This document shows, piece after piece, positions 26,874 to 36,829 of a stretch of 64,000 nt of DNA. The notes below the pieces were generated by a model. The model was given only the letters and a program-made list of their open reading frames with translations, did not search any database and was not told the origin of the DNA. The position numbers were made by a program, and so were the translations under genes. This stretch comes from Eubacteriales bacterium. GTDB lineage: Bacteria > Bacillota > Clostridia > Oscillospirales > CAG-272. Within the stretch, counting starts at the first letter, position 1; each line of letters opens with the position of its first letter. The stretch is from NCBI GenBank assembly GCA_045660185.1, contig JAZRDI010000101.1, positions 17,723 to 81,722 of the forward strand, in the 5' to 3' direction.

Positions 26874-29633
26874 ATGAAAAGAATAGTTTACATTTTGATG
26901 GTTTTATCACTTGTATTCGCTATGGCGTTATCCTTGTTCTCTTGCGATAACCTTCCAATTACCGGTGGGGAAAGCGATGAAGTCTCAAACACAGACGGTG
27001 AAAATAAAGAGAATTTAAATAGCGAAAATAAGGACGACGGAAAAACTGATAACGATAGCGAGGGCGATGAAAAAAACGAAACGGTTTGCCCTGCTTGCAA
27101 GCGGCCTGCCGAAAAACCTCACGATGTGTGTGTGAAGTGCAGTGAATATATATGCATAGGCGACCACAGTAAATGTTACGGTTACGATTTGTGCTATTGC
27201 GGCGGTGGATATGATCAAGGTAAGCATTATGTTCACGGAAAATGCTCCGAATGTGAAAAATGGACTTGTGAGCACCCTGTTTGCGAGTATTGCGAGCAAT
27301 ATATTCATTGTGACACATTTTGCGATCTAAAGCTTTGTAAAGGCGGACCGGATTGCACCGAAGACTGCAATATTTACAGCGGTGAAAAATGCACAAATTA
27401 CGTAACTTGCGAGCGCCATTCGTGCGAGGAATCGCATATGCATAACAGTTGTGACCGTTGCGGTAAAGTAGGAATAATTTGCGACTTCCATAAAAACGTT
27501 CATAACCGCATATGTCCCGTATGCAACCTTGCGGATTGTCAGGTGGACCCATATGAGCCTCACAAGGAGTGCGAGATTCTTATGAAAGCTTGTCCTTCTT
27601 GCGGTGCCGATTATATGCGCGATGAGCATCGATGTGGCATTTGTCAAGATGGGTATATCTGTGACAAAGACGGCGGTCACGGTGAGTGTTGTAAGATTTG
27701 CGGAGGCCCGCTATGCATGAAGGATGCGCATGTTAGCTGCGTACAGGTTTGTCCCGGATGCTCAATGCCGAATGAAAATCACGGTCAGTGCGGCTTGTGC
27801 AACGGTTATCTCTGCGTTGAAAATCACAGTATCTGCGGTTTTTGCGGTGATTATCTTTGCGTAGGTAATCACGGTATTTGTGAGGTATGTCAGAATAATC
27901 TCTGTGCCGGAGATCACGAGTTCTGTAAATCGGGGGATGATTATAGACATTGTGCGCAGTGCGGTGAAACTGTAAACAAGGCAATGTATTGTTACGATTG
28001 CAACGTGTGTGATAATTGTTGTAAGTGTTCTATGGTATGCCCCGGATGCTACGTTAAGTATAAATACGAGGATTGCTGTCCCGATTGTATGAGATGCGAG
28101 TCCTGTTGTTATTGTTTGTTCTTCTGCGAAAAATGTGAAATTCATCAGAATATTCATGTGAAATGTAACGTTTGCGGTTATTGCCTCTCTTGTTGTTCAG
28201 GACACAGTGGCGTAGGCGGAGGCAATAGTTCGAATCTTCATCCGCATGCTATGACAGATTTTAATCCAAACTGTGAGACATACGCTGCGAACAGTCATTA
28301 CTATTGCTTCGAATGTGATGCGATAATCGTCAGAATATTCGATGCTGCAGGTGTCTTCTTTGAGGATATTACTTGTCCGTATTGTGTAAAGGGCGATGGC
28401 TATGGCGGCTGCAATCATACGAGTGAAGGACTTCGTATGATTGATTCCGATCCTTGCGGTACGGGTGCTCATTACGTATGCGATTACTGCTCAAAGCTTT
28501 TTAAGTATGATGAAACCTCTATAACGTTGTTTGTGGAGTGTCAGAAATGCATTTATGGTGAAAATTATTGCGAATCTTGCAATTCTTACGCAGAAAACCG
28601 TTGTTACGATTGTTATATGTGCTTTAACTGCTGTTCTTGCATTGATGCAAGCGATTTAACAATTTACTGTCCAAAGTGCAGAAGCAGCGTATCTTACAAT
28701 GTAGGAATGGCGGCGGACTGCATAAACGGTGGCTTTGAAAGCACTTACACGTGTTATGGCTGCGATTATACTTATATAATTGTCGATGGCACTCACGTTG
28801 AATGTAGAGATCCTATGATAAATCCGTTGGGACATAATGATTCTAATGGCGACTATGTCTGCGATAATTGTCAGAAGCTTTATAGTAATGAGTTTTGTGT
28901 AGCATGCGGAGATGCAGACAACGGTTTGTATCACGGCTGTGAGCATTATTACTTTGAAGCTGTTAAAGCATTTACGTGGTATGGTGTCAGCGTCAAGCAT
29001 ACGAATGACGGTTATTCTATAAAAATATCGGTATCTTTGAATTCGAAGACAAGTGGAACGATTTACTATTATCTTAAGAATAATGACTTGCCCGATTACG
29101 TTGAAATTGCTCGCATTACTTGTGACGTAACCTCTGTTTCAGGCAGTCCTTACGTCTTTAAATATACTCCTACTAATGTGTGCGTATTGCAGAGAAATGT
29201 CCTCGATTATGTAAATTACGGATACGTAAGCAGCCTTGAATTTGACGCTAATACTGTGTCATATATTATGTTCACGAACGTAAGCGGATATGACGGAGTT
29301 GATCAGACAACGTATAACGATCAATTGATTGCATCTGTTTTGAACCTTCCTTTTGAAACGTGTGACGATTGTTATGGCGTTAAGGCCGTTGGTAATCACG
29401 GTGTTTGTAAAGCAGAGGAATGCGGAAAGAATACGTGCGCAGGACATATTCACGGTGTTTGCGACCATGAAAACGCTTATCAAACGGATGTCACCGTGTG
29501 TGGCGGTGCCGGAAATCATTACTATTGCCCGAGCTGCAATAAATTCTTGATGGCAATGCCGTTAGCTTGCGATAAGCTTATATTTGAGGTTTGTCAAATA
29601 TGTAGTGATAACATCCCTTTTAAGCAGGAATGA
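26874..29633 (+). CDS. giant cysteine-rich lipoprotein (about 119 Cys in 919 aa), unknown family
   Basis: RBS GAGGTG. Lipobox LFSC at residues 21-24. Acidic linker at residues 25-70, then dense CxxC arrays with conserved His. Confidence 0.75.
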   Translation: MKRIVYILMVLSLVFAMALSLFSCDNLPITGGESDEVSNTDGENKENLNSENKDDGKTDNDSEGDEKNETVCPACKRPAEKPHDVCVKCSEYICIGDHSKCYGYDLCYCGGGYDQGKHYVHGKCSECEKWTCEHPVCEYCEQYIHCDTFCDLKLCKGGPDCTEDCNIYSGEKCTNYVTCERHSCEESHMHNSCDRCGKVGIICDFHKNVHNRICPVCNLADCQVDPYEPHKECEILMKACPSCGADYMRDEHRCGICQDGYICDKDGGHGECCKICGGPLCMKDAHVSCVQVCPGCSMPNENHGQCGLCNGYLCVENHSICGFCGDYLCVGNHGICEVCQNNLCAGDHEFCKSGDDYRHCAQCGETVNKAMYCYDCNVCDNCCKCSMVCPGCYVKYKYEDCCPDCMRCESCCYCLFFCEKCEIHQNIHVKCNVCGYCLSCCSGHSGVGGGNSSNLHPHAMTDFNPNCETYAANSHYYCFECDAIIVRIFDAAGVFFEDITCPYCVKGDGYGGCNHTSEGLRMIDSDPCGTGAHYVCDYCSKLFKYDETSITLFVECQKCIYGENYCESCNSYAENRCYDCYMCFNCCSCIDASDLTIYCPKCRSSVSYNVGMAADCINGGFESTYTCYGCDYTYIIVDGTHVECRDPMINPLGHNDSNGDYVCDNCQKLYSNEFCVACGDADNGLYHGCEHYYFEAVKAFTWYGVSVKHTNDGYSIKISVSLNSKTSGTIYYYLKNNDLPDYVEIARITCDVTSVSGSPYVFKYTPTNVCVLQRNVLDYVNYGYVSSLEFDANTVSYIMFTNVSGYDGVDQTTYNDQLIASVLNLPFETCDDCYGVKAVGNHGVCKAEECGKNTCAGHIHGVCDHENAYQTDVTVCGGAGNHYYCPSCNKFLMAMPLACDKLIFEVCQICSDNIPFKQE

Positions 29634-29663
29634 TGATTACTGATATTAAAAAATAATAATTTA

Positions 29664-29710
29664 ATACCCCTAAAATGCAAACTATTAGTAGCATTTTAGG
29701 GGGTATTTGC
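29664..29710. terminator. bidirectional terminator between convergent genes
   Basis: ATACCCCTAAAATGC (29664-29678) pairs with GCATTTTAGGGGGTAT (29691-29706). Confidence 0.7.
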
Positions 29711-29789
29711 GTTAAAAACAAAAAGTTGTTTTCAAAAACTTGATTATAATTGTTTTTAATTTTCAAAAAAGACTAACTGAGTCGAAAAA

Positions 29790-30836
29790 TCAAAAAACTT
29801 CTTTTATCCATTTGACAGTTTCAAAAAGACCTTTATCGAATTCTATTTCGGGCATCCAAGAAAGCTCGTTTTTGATTTTCGAAGAGTCGATAGAATATTT
29901 TCTATCGTGCCCCTTTCTGTCTTCAACGAATTCGACGTTGTCGGTAATTTCGTTCGCAAAGCTTTCGGTTATATCGCTTCGTATGTTTGATTCATTTGAC
30001 TGATATTCATCGTCTTCGGATTCGATTTCATCAATAAGCGCCTTGCGTATCGCGGTGGAAATCTTTAAAACGAGTTCAAGATTTGAGATTTCCGTATCCG
30101 AGCCGACGTTGTATATGTTTCCGCATTTTCCGCCAAAAATGATTTTCTCGATAGCTCTGCAATGATCCAAAACGTGTATCCAATTGCGAACGTTCATTCC
30201 ATCTCCATACACTTTAGCGCGCGCTCCAAAGATTAGAAGCTCTGCTGTGTGAGGAATCATCTTTTCGCTATTCTGGTACCTTCCGTAATTGTTTGAGCAT
30301 CTTGATATAGTAACGTCAAGACCATGCGTTCTGTGATATGCGAGAACGAGCATATCTGCCGCCGCCTTGCTTGCGCTATAAGGAGAACTTGGAGCGAGCG
30401 GCGAGCGCTCATCAAAACGCTCGTTACTGTCTAGCGAAACGTCACCGTACACCTCGTCGGTAGAAATTTGATGGAATCGCTTGACACCGTATTTTAGCGA
30501 AGCGTCGAGCAAAACCTGCGTTCCGAGAACGTTCGTCTTAACGAAAATCTCCGCGCTCTCAATCGAGCGGTCAACGTGCGTTTCGGCAGCGAAATTCACC
30601 ACAACGTCAGCTTTCTCGCGTTCGAATATCTTAAAAACAGCCTCTCTGTCCGCAATATCTGCGCGATAGAACGTAAATTTCTCGTTCACCGCCATACGTC
30701 GCGATAATTCTTCTGTATTCGCAGCGTAAGTCAGCGCATCGATACCAACAACTAAATCCTCGGGATGCTTTTCAACCCAGTAATCCAAAAAATTAATACC
30801 AATAAACCCGGCACATCCGGTAATAACAATTTTCAT
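29790..30836 (-). CDS. rfbB: dTDP-glucose 4,6-dehydratase
   Basis: 348 aa. TGCAGFIG Rossmann motif, YSASKAA catalytic motif and a DRKGHDRKYSID C-terminal block. Confidence 0.85.
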   Translation of the reverse strand: MKIVITGCAGFIGINFLDYWVEKHPEDLVVGIDALTYAANTEELSRRMAVNEKFTFYRADIADREAVFKIFEREKADVVVNFAAETHVDRSIESAEIFVKTNVLGTQVLLDASLKYGVKRFHQISTDEVYGDVSLDSNERFDERSPLAPSSPYSASKAAADMLVLAYHRTHGLDVTISRCSNNYGRYQNSEKMIPHTAELLIFGARAKVYGDGMNVRNWIHVLDHCRAIEKIIFGGKCGNIYNVGSDTEISNLELVLKISTAIRKALIDEIESEDDEYQSNESNIRSDITESFANEITDNVEFVEDRKGHDRKYSIDSSKIKNELSWMPEIEFDKGLFETVKWIKEVF

Positions 30837-31978
30837 TTAATTCCCAACGCCCTCAATAGTTCTGTTGTTTGGTTGCTTTTTTCACTTGTTAGTGTTGGTG
30901 TGGACTTAGCTTCTTGAATAGATTTTTTTATTTTATCTTTTTTAAAAAGTCTAAACCAGCGCTTAATTTGATAAAAAGGAAATAGCCATTTTCTTTTTTC
31001 CAATTTTGGATATGTCAATTTTAATTGATCGTAAGATAAAAAAATTCTTGACATAATATACGAGAACTTACCACCGATGATAGCTTGTTGTACTGCTACT
31101 CGGTTTTCCACAGTTCCGTATGTACCGCCACTTAAAATAAACTGCTCTATTTGTTTTGAAATCGGTGTATGAGGTTCATTACCTATCCATACCCTCGATA
31201 GTTGTTCAGCGGACTTTTCAAATTGCAACAAACCGGCCTCTTCGAGCAGATTATCTCTTTTTTGCTTATCAAAGTCGCATTTGTTATTTAACACCCATAA
31301 ATCGATAAAGGGTCTAATGCCACATCCACCATTTATAAAATGTTTCGCCATATGTGCGATGTGATAAAAGTAATACATTTCGTCTGTCATCTCGTGATGG
31401 AACGAGTGATTTGCAACTGGCGAGGAGCGTTCCCATACGGTAGATAATACTTTATCTGCAGATTCATTTGCATCGTTTAAAGTACGATGAAGTTCGATGT
31501 GGGTTTTAGATGGCGTATAAAAAGATATTTCGTAATTCCAATCGGAAGCGTACGTGTATCCCAACTCATCCGTAAAAACTTTTTTTACCTTTTCAACATC
31601 GGAATTTTCAATTAGAATATCAATATCACAACTTGTTCTTAACCATGGTTCTTTATAATATTTTCTTATGACGGAGCCTTTTAGTGGGATGAATTTTATC
31701 TGTGCGTTTTCTAATGTATTTGATATTGTCTCGAGATCATAGTTAATGTTGACATAGCGGAACGCCGCTATATTCATTGTTTGCTCAAATGCTCGTTGAA
31801 TATCTTCGTCTATCTTATTTTCAGAAGCTTTTAGACCGTATCCAATCAGATGTGCCAAGTCGTGTTTTTTTGACAATTTGAACAGCTTTTCCCATGAATC
31901 TCTATCAAGGTTAAGTACCGCCTTTTCGGTATTTTCTTTTAGGGAATATTCGAAAAGGTGAAACATTGTATTTATCAT
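30833..31978 (-). CDS. hypothetical protein, possibly of the uncharacterised nucleotidyltransferase family
   Basis: 381 aa. 4-nt overlap with rfbB and 1-nt overlap with wzx. The TSCDIDILI segment resembles a nucleotidyltransferase DxD strand. The call is tentative. Confidence 0.35.
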   Translation of the reverse strand: MINTMFHLFEYSLKENTEKAVLNLDRDSWEKLFKLSKKHDLAHLIGYGLKASENKIDEDIQRAFEQTMNIAAFRYVNINYDLETISNTLENAQIKFIPLKGSVIRKYYKEPWLRTSCDIDILIENSDVEKVKKVFTDELGYTYASDWNYEISFYTPSKTHIELHRTLNDANESADKVLSTVWERSSPVANHSFHHEMTDEMYYFYHIAHMAKHFINGGCGIRPFIDLWVLNNKCDFDKQKRDNLLEEAGLLQFEKSAEQLSRVWIGNEPHTPISKQIEQFILSGGTYGTVENRVAVQQAIIGGKFSYIMSRIFLSYDQLKLTYPKLEKRKWLFPFYQIKRWFRLFKKDKIKKSIQEAKSTPTLTSEKSNQTTELLRALGIK

Positions 31979-33387
31979 TACGATTTACTTCCTTTTAATT
32001 CGCTGAACAAATTTTTTAAGAATTTTATATTCACAACGGCAAATAGTAAAATAGCAATAGTGGACACAAGATAAATTTTTATTTCCAATGAAACAAGAAC
32101 AGCTTGTGTGATGAGAATGATTGAATTAATTACAAAACGCCCCAATTCAATTTTCATTTTTATAAATCGTGTAGCATCAATCATACGGATGGTACCTAAA
32201 AGAAAATACGCTACAAATGTGCCAAGAATAGCACCCCATAGTCCGATGTAATTAACAAATATTATGCTCACAACAACATTCGCAGTTGCACCGATTAATG
32301 TAGTTATCATATTATTGACTGATTTTTTTAATGCGCTATATAGTGAAACAAAGTATGATGAGATTGCTGAAAATGTAGCACTCGCCAATAATATAGGAAT
32401 GTATTTCCATGCTTCAACAAATGACTCTCCCACATAAACGGTCATTAACGGCTTTATGATAAGAATCAAGCCAATACTCATAGAAAATGCTACGAAAGAG
32501 AATGTGTTAAATATATTAGAATAAAATTTTGAATCGTTTGATGATTCAATTTCTTTGACAGAAGAAATTCCCCAAGATTGCTGGAAAATGGATATTAGAA
32601 CGTTTATCAAAGATGGAATTTTTGTGGCAACTGTGTATATTCCCAATACAGATGCACCAAGCACTAATTCAACTATTATTTTGTTTGCAGAATGTATAGC
32701 CCACCAAGAAACGTTGTTGAGAACAAGTGGTGCGGAAAATATCAACATTCGTTTCAACAACGGACGTGAAAATTTTGCCTTACGAATATCTTTAAATATT
32801 TTCCCAAAAACAAATATTCCTAATGCAGACACGAGATTTCCGATAATATTGGCAAAGACATATCCATCAATACCAAGAGGAATAATTACGATGAATAAAA
32901 CATTAGATAATGCCATTGCCAGTGTTTGAACAATGGATATTGTCGCATAGAGTTTATTTTGTTCTTTAGCTTTTATGTAATTTAATTCGATAATCATAAA
33001 GATATCTATGATTACATAAATACACAAATGCCACTTCCATTTTGCGATAGGCGCATATAATCCAATAAGAGGTGTTGCTAAAATAGTAACAATAGATCCA
33101 ACACCCCAAACAACTAGACTGCACAGTAAAACGTTTTCTTGCTTCTCATCCTTTGATAGACCAAATCTTATAACGGCATCGTGAATAACCAGACCTACAA
33201 ACGGAATTATAAATTGCGAAATGGTAAAAATTAAATCAGATATACCATATTCTTCTGTCGATAAGTAATTGGTGTATAACGGCACGAGTAAGAAAAGAAT
33301 CAATTTTGATCCGATTCCTCCAATTGCGAATATTAGCGTGTCGTTTAAAAGTTTTTTGTACTTATTCATAGTATATCCTACTACCAA
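31978..33387 (-). CDS. wzx: oligosaccharide flippase (Wzx, MOP superfamily)
   Basis: 469 aa, about 12-14 TM segments, N-terminus typical of polysaccharide flippases (LLNDTLIFAIGGIGSKLILFLLVPLYT). Confidence 0.75.
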   Translation of the reverse strand: MVVGYTMNKYKKLLNDTLIFAIGGIGSKLILFLLVPLYTNYLSTEEYGISDLIFTISQFIIPFVGLVIHDAVIRFGLSKDEKQENVLLCSLVVWGVGSIVTILATPLIGLYAPIAKWKWHLCIYVIIDIFMIIELNYIKAKEQNKLYATISIVQTLAMALSNVLFIVIIPLGIDGYVFANIIGNLVSALGIFVFGKIFKDIRKAKFSRPLLKRMLIFSAPLVLNNVSWWAIHSANKIIVELVLGASVLGIYTVATKIPSLINVLISIFQQSWGISSVKEIESSNDSKFYSNIFNTFSFVAFSMSIGLILIIKPLMTVYVGESFVEAWKYIPILLASATFSAISSYFVSLYSALKKSVNNMITTLIGATANVVVSIIFVNYIGLWGAILGTFVAYFLLGTIRMIDATRFIKMKIELGRFVINSIILITQAVLVSLEIKIYLVSTIAILLFAVVNIKFLKNLFSELKGSKS

Positions 33388-34541
33388 ACAAAGAATTTAA
33401 GAGAACTCAAAGATCCACGAGAACATGCTAATAATAACATTAAAACAGAGATGAAAGTAACGCATGAATTGAGATTCAAGGTTATTCCTTTTACAGTTTT
33501 AACTCGCGTATAAGCATTTTTGTATCTATTATCGTGACTTTGCAATGAGGTCATCAGTAATGGAATTGCGATAATCGGCAATGTGTAAGTTGTTATTCTG
33601 TGGAAAATAGTAAATTCATAGCAGAAGCACAAAGATATTACGAACAATGCAATTCCGTATAACATCCAAACGTTTAGCTTTATATTACTTTCTTTTATTA
33701 TGCTTGTTTTTCTAAAGAACAAACAAATAACTACTATTGAAGCTAAGATGGAAATAACGTATTCCCAAATATAAGAATATATATTTCCACTTAAATACGA
33801 GTCTACTTTGCCAAGTATTTCGTCTATAAATCCGCTAAAATAGCTAAATACAATTATAATACCGCCACTGAGTAAAACAGAATAAATGGTTTTCTTAAGA
33901 GCGGTCGTATTTTTATCAAATATTGAGATGAAGAAACGCGCTGCTATTAAAACTGCAGAGAATGAATGTATCAATGTTGCTATTAAGTATAGTGGGATAT
34001 GGAAAAATCGAAATTTTTTTTCGACATTTTCGCGGAAAAAGCAAAACGTCAAAAGCGAAACTCCCAACATACAACGTATGCCGGTAATAACAAACATATA
34101 ATTACCGGTTGACATGTAGAAGAGCAAGGTGATTGCTACATTTTTTCCGGATATTTGATTTTTTTGTGCAGTTTTTACGATGATATAAAATATACAATTG
34201 TAGCAAACAAAACTTATTAATGCGGGGAGTAATTGAGGTATTCCGGTTTTTCCTATAGCCCAATATAATATATTCGCTAATCCGATTTCGGAATTTAATA
34301 CTTGTTTTTTCCAAAGCTTCGAAAACGAATATTTACGGAAAGCTTCTACATATTCATTAATTCTGTACAGATCTGCGGTTTCGTATGGAATGTAGAAAAA
34401 AGCAAGCACAGAAAGGAGGATAGAATAAATAAACAAAGTTCTTTTTACGTTATTACAATTCTTGGTTACCAAAGAAAAGTAAACCATAATAAGTACTAAT
34501 GAGTATATACCGACACCTACGAGGCGCTCAAATAAAAACAT
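33381..34541 (-). CDS. wzy: putative polysaccharide polymerase (Wzy/EpsG-like)
   Basis: 386-aa polytopic membrane protein, very AT-rich, located between the flippase and a glycosyltransferase. Confidence 0.5.
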   Translation of the reverse strand: MFLFERLVGVGIYSLVLIMVYFSLVTKNCNNVKRTLFIYSILLSVLAFFYIPYETADLYRINEYVEAFRKYSFSKLWKKQVLNSEIGLANILYWAIGKTGIPQLLPALISFVCYNCIFYIIVKTAQKNQISGKNVAITLLFYMSTGNYMFVITGIRCMLGVSLLTFCFFRENVEKKFRFFHIPLYLIATLIHSFSAVLIAARFFISIFDKNTTALKKTIYSVLLSGGIIIVFSYFSGFIDEILGKVDSYLSGNIYSYIWEYVISILASIVVICLFFRKTSIIKESNIKLNVWMLYGIALFVISLCFCYEFTIFHRITTYTLPIIAIPLLMTSLQSHDNRYKNAYTRVKTVKGITLNLNSCVTFISVLMLLLACSRGSLSSLKFFVW

Positions 34542-35617
34542 TATAATTCTCCTAGATTTGCATATTTTCTATATGCTTTGATATTATCATTCGTAACTTT
34601 ATCCCATGTAAAGTTTTCGGATATTAATTTTTGGGTGTTTTTAGATTTTTCGGCAAAAAGTAAAGCTTGATCTGTGGCTTGCTTAATGCAATCGACTACG
34701 CTTTGAACATCTGTAGATGCAACCCATCCTGCATTATAGTTCTTTACGTAATTACCTAAAGTTGTTCCTTCGGTTATTAAACAAGGAATGCCGTAACCTA
34801 AAGCTTCCAAAATTCCCATAGGCATTCCCTCAAAGCGAGATGTTTGAATAAACACATCCGATTCAAACAACACCCTTTTTTTATCAGAACCGAACACACC
34901 GGGACTTAGTGTTACAATTTCGTTCAAAGCACGTTCAGCTATCATTCGTTCAACGTTAGCGTAACGGCCGTGATAATCGGGGCCGTAAATTCGGAGCTCG
35001 CATTTTCCTCTATAGGAAGAATCGAGTATTAGTTTAAATGCATCAAGCATTATATCGAGCCCTTTGTGAAAAGAATCCAATCGACCAACGTAAGTAAAGA
35101 TAATCTTTTCCGTGTTGAATGATTGTTTCTTTTCTACAGGAATTTCGCAGCCATTTGTTCCTACAAAATTTGTAACGCTCCAATTTGTTGATTCAAATTC
35201 GGTCTTTGATAAGCATTGGATAGCTTTTGCATTTTTGATGAATGGTTTGAAAAATAAATTTCCCACAATTTTTTTAATACGTTTTTTCTTTTGCGCTTCT
35301 TTCATCAAAGAACCATGGGGAACGATGATATATGGAACATTCTCTTTGCGTAACAATTTGGAAATTTTAATGTATTCCGGAGCGTAGACTTGGTGGAATA
35401 TAACAATATCTGGTTTACAAAACGGTTCACCAAGTGATTTTAACGTGAAAGAAGATGTATATGAAAAGTAGTTGGTGATTTCGTCGGGGTGATAATCACC
35501 CAAATTGAGAAGCCCAACGGTTTCATATTTGCTTTGTGTTTTTATATGCTCAGGAACAACCACACAAACTCCATTTGCCGGATTGTTACGTATTGTAGCT
35601 ATGTGTAAAATTACCAT
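34541..35617 (-). CDS. glycosyltransferase family 4 (GT-B)
   Basis: 358 aa. C-terminal E-x7-E region [21 protein letters not shown]. Confidence 0.85.
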   Translation of the reverse strand: MVILHIATIRNNPANGVCVVVPEHIKTQSKYETVGLLNLGDYHPDEITNYFSYTSSFTLKSLGEPFCKPDIVIFHQVYAPEYIKISKLLRKENVPYIIVPHGSLMKEAQKKKRIKKIVGNLFFKPFIKNAKAIQCLSKTEFESTNWSVTNFVGTNGCEIPVEKKQSFNTEKIIFTYVGRLDSFHKGLDIMLDAFKLILDSSYRGKCELRIYGPDYHGRYANVERMIAERALNEIVTLSPGVFGSDKKRVLFESDVFIQTSRFEGMPMGILEALGYGIPCLITEGTTLGNYVKNYNAGWVASTDVQSVVDCIKQATDQALLFAEKSKNTQKLISENFTWDKVTNDNIKAYRKYANLGEL

Positions 35618-35644
35618 ACATCCTCCGTGTGCTAATGCATAGAT

Positions 35645-36829
35645 CTATTTTTTGTAACGAATTTTTAACAATAGTTTTTTGATTTTTTTTGGAACGCTGT
35701 ATTTTAATTTTCCGATAAGAATTTGCTTTCTGTTACTCTTTTTAAAATTGCGCTGTATAGTTTCTGCCGGAAGCTTGTGATGCTCTTCTAACATATTGTT
35801 TCTATTGTAACGCGAGCGAGTTGGTGAAGTAAGTTGCTTGTTATATTTCGTTGCAATTTCCAATGAAACCTGATGTTTATGCAAGTTTAAATTTTTGAAT
35901 ATCTCTGTTGCCGCATTACTATTTAAAAGTACAAGCGAACATCCTTTTTCGGTGTTAAACGGAATATCAACGCCTTCCGCTCCCCAAAAATCTCCCAAGG
36001 TGAAATCTCCCGGTCTGTCTAAATTAGCATATTGACATGAATAGCAGCTATCTCTGTAAATTGAAGCGCCATGATAATAGTAGAAGTAGTAATAATTTGA
36101 GAAGTAATACTGCTTTTTCTCGTAGAGCTTGCTGTTTGACTTCTTAAAACTTGCAATTCCGGCAGCGCTCCAACCCGAGTTCTTTTTAGACCGGAAATTG
36201 TAATCGGTACATACTGCGCTTTCTTCTTTTTCCAAAAACTCTATAAATTTATCAAAATAAGCTTGTGAGGCTACACCATGACACACCAAGTCAACGGTAA
36301 GTAAATTCGTATAATCTTTTTGCAGATAATTTTTTAAGCCAGCAATTTGACAAGGCGTTCCGGAATACAAAACCTGTTTTCCCGCTTTGAGATCTGTTTC
36401 ACATTTTTTATATGTATCGCACGTATTGCTTTGCACATATTTTGAACCAAACAAAGCGGAAAGGGATGTTTTATTATCAATTCTGATGTGCGTAGCTTGC
36501 AGATGGTTGGTATATGCACAGCCGTATACGATACCGCCGTTGTTCAAAACATAAAGTGCTATTGCACCGAAGACACCACCACTGGTTGCTTGCATCAACA
36601 TATTATCCTCTGTGTTTGCACAAGCATACGCTGTGGGTGTATTAACTTTATTTACATGCTTTTCGATAGGGCAAACCTTGTCACACAAACCGCAATCTAT
36701 ACACTTTGTTGTATTTACGCTTGGATATAAAAATCCATTATCGTTATTTTTTAGTTCAATGCAATTTTCGGGACACTTTTGAATGCAAGCGCCACAAGCT
36801 GTACATTTCTCGTAGTTAACTTTAATCAT
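35645..36829 (-). CDS. coenzyme F420 hydrogenase/dehydrogenase beta-subunit-like 4Fe-4S protein
   Basis: 394 aa. Two ferredoxin motifs (CTACGACIQKCP, CIDCGLCDKVCP) followed by a FrhB/FdhB-like domain. Confidence 0.75.
   Translation of the reverse strand: MIKVNYEKCTACGACIQKCPENCIELKNNDNGFLYPSVNTTKCIDCGLCDKVCPIEKHVNKVNTPTAYACANTEDNMLMQATSGGVFGAIALYVLNNGGIVYGCAYTNHLQATHIRIDNKTSLSALFGSKYVQSNTCDTYKKCETDLKAGKQVLYSGTPCQIAGLKNYLQKDYTNLLTVDLVCHGVASQAYFDKFIEFLEKEESAVCTDYNFRSKKNSGWSAAGIASFKKSNSKLYEKKQYYFSNYYYFYYYHGASIYRDSCYSCQYANLDRPGDFTLGDFWGAEGVDIPFNTEKGCSLVLLNSNAATEIFKNLNLHKHQVSLEIATKYNKQLTSPTRSRYNRNNMLEEHHKLPAETIQRNFKKSNRKQILIGKLKYSVPKKIKKLLLKIRYKK

Noticed and set aside
26874-29633. The Cys-rich ORF as a RiPP precursor, bacteriocin or metallothionein.
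   Set aside because: It is 919 aa with a lipoprotein signal and folded-domain-sized segments. No radical-SAM, lanthipeptide or other maturation genes, and no transporter genes, are adjacent. Metallothioneins are small and cytoplasmic.
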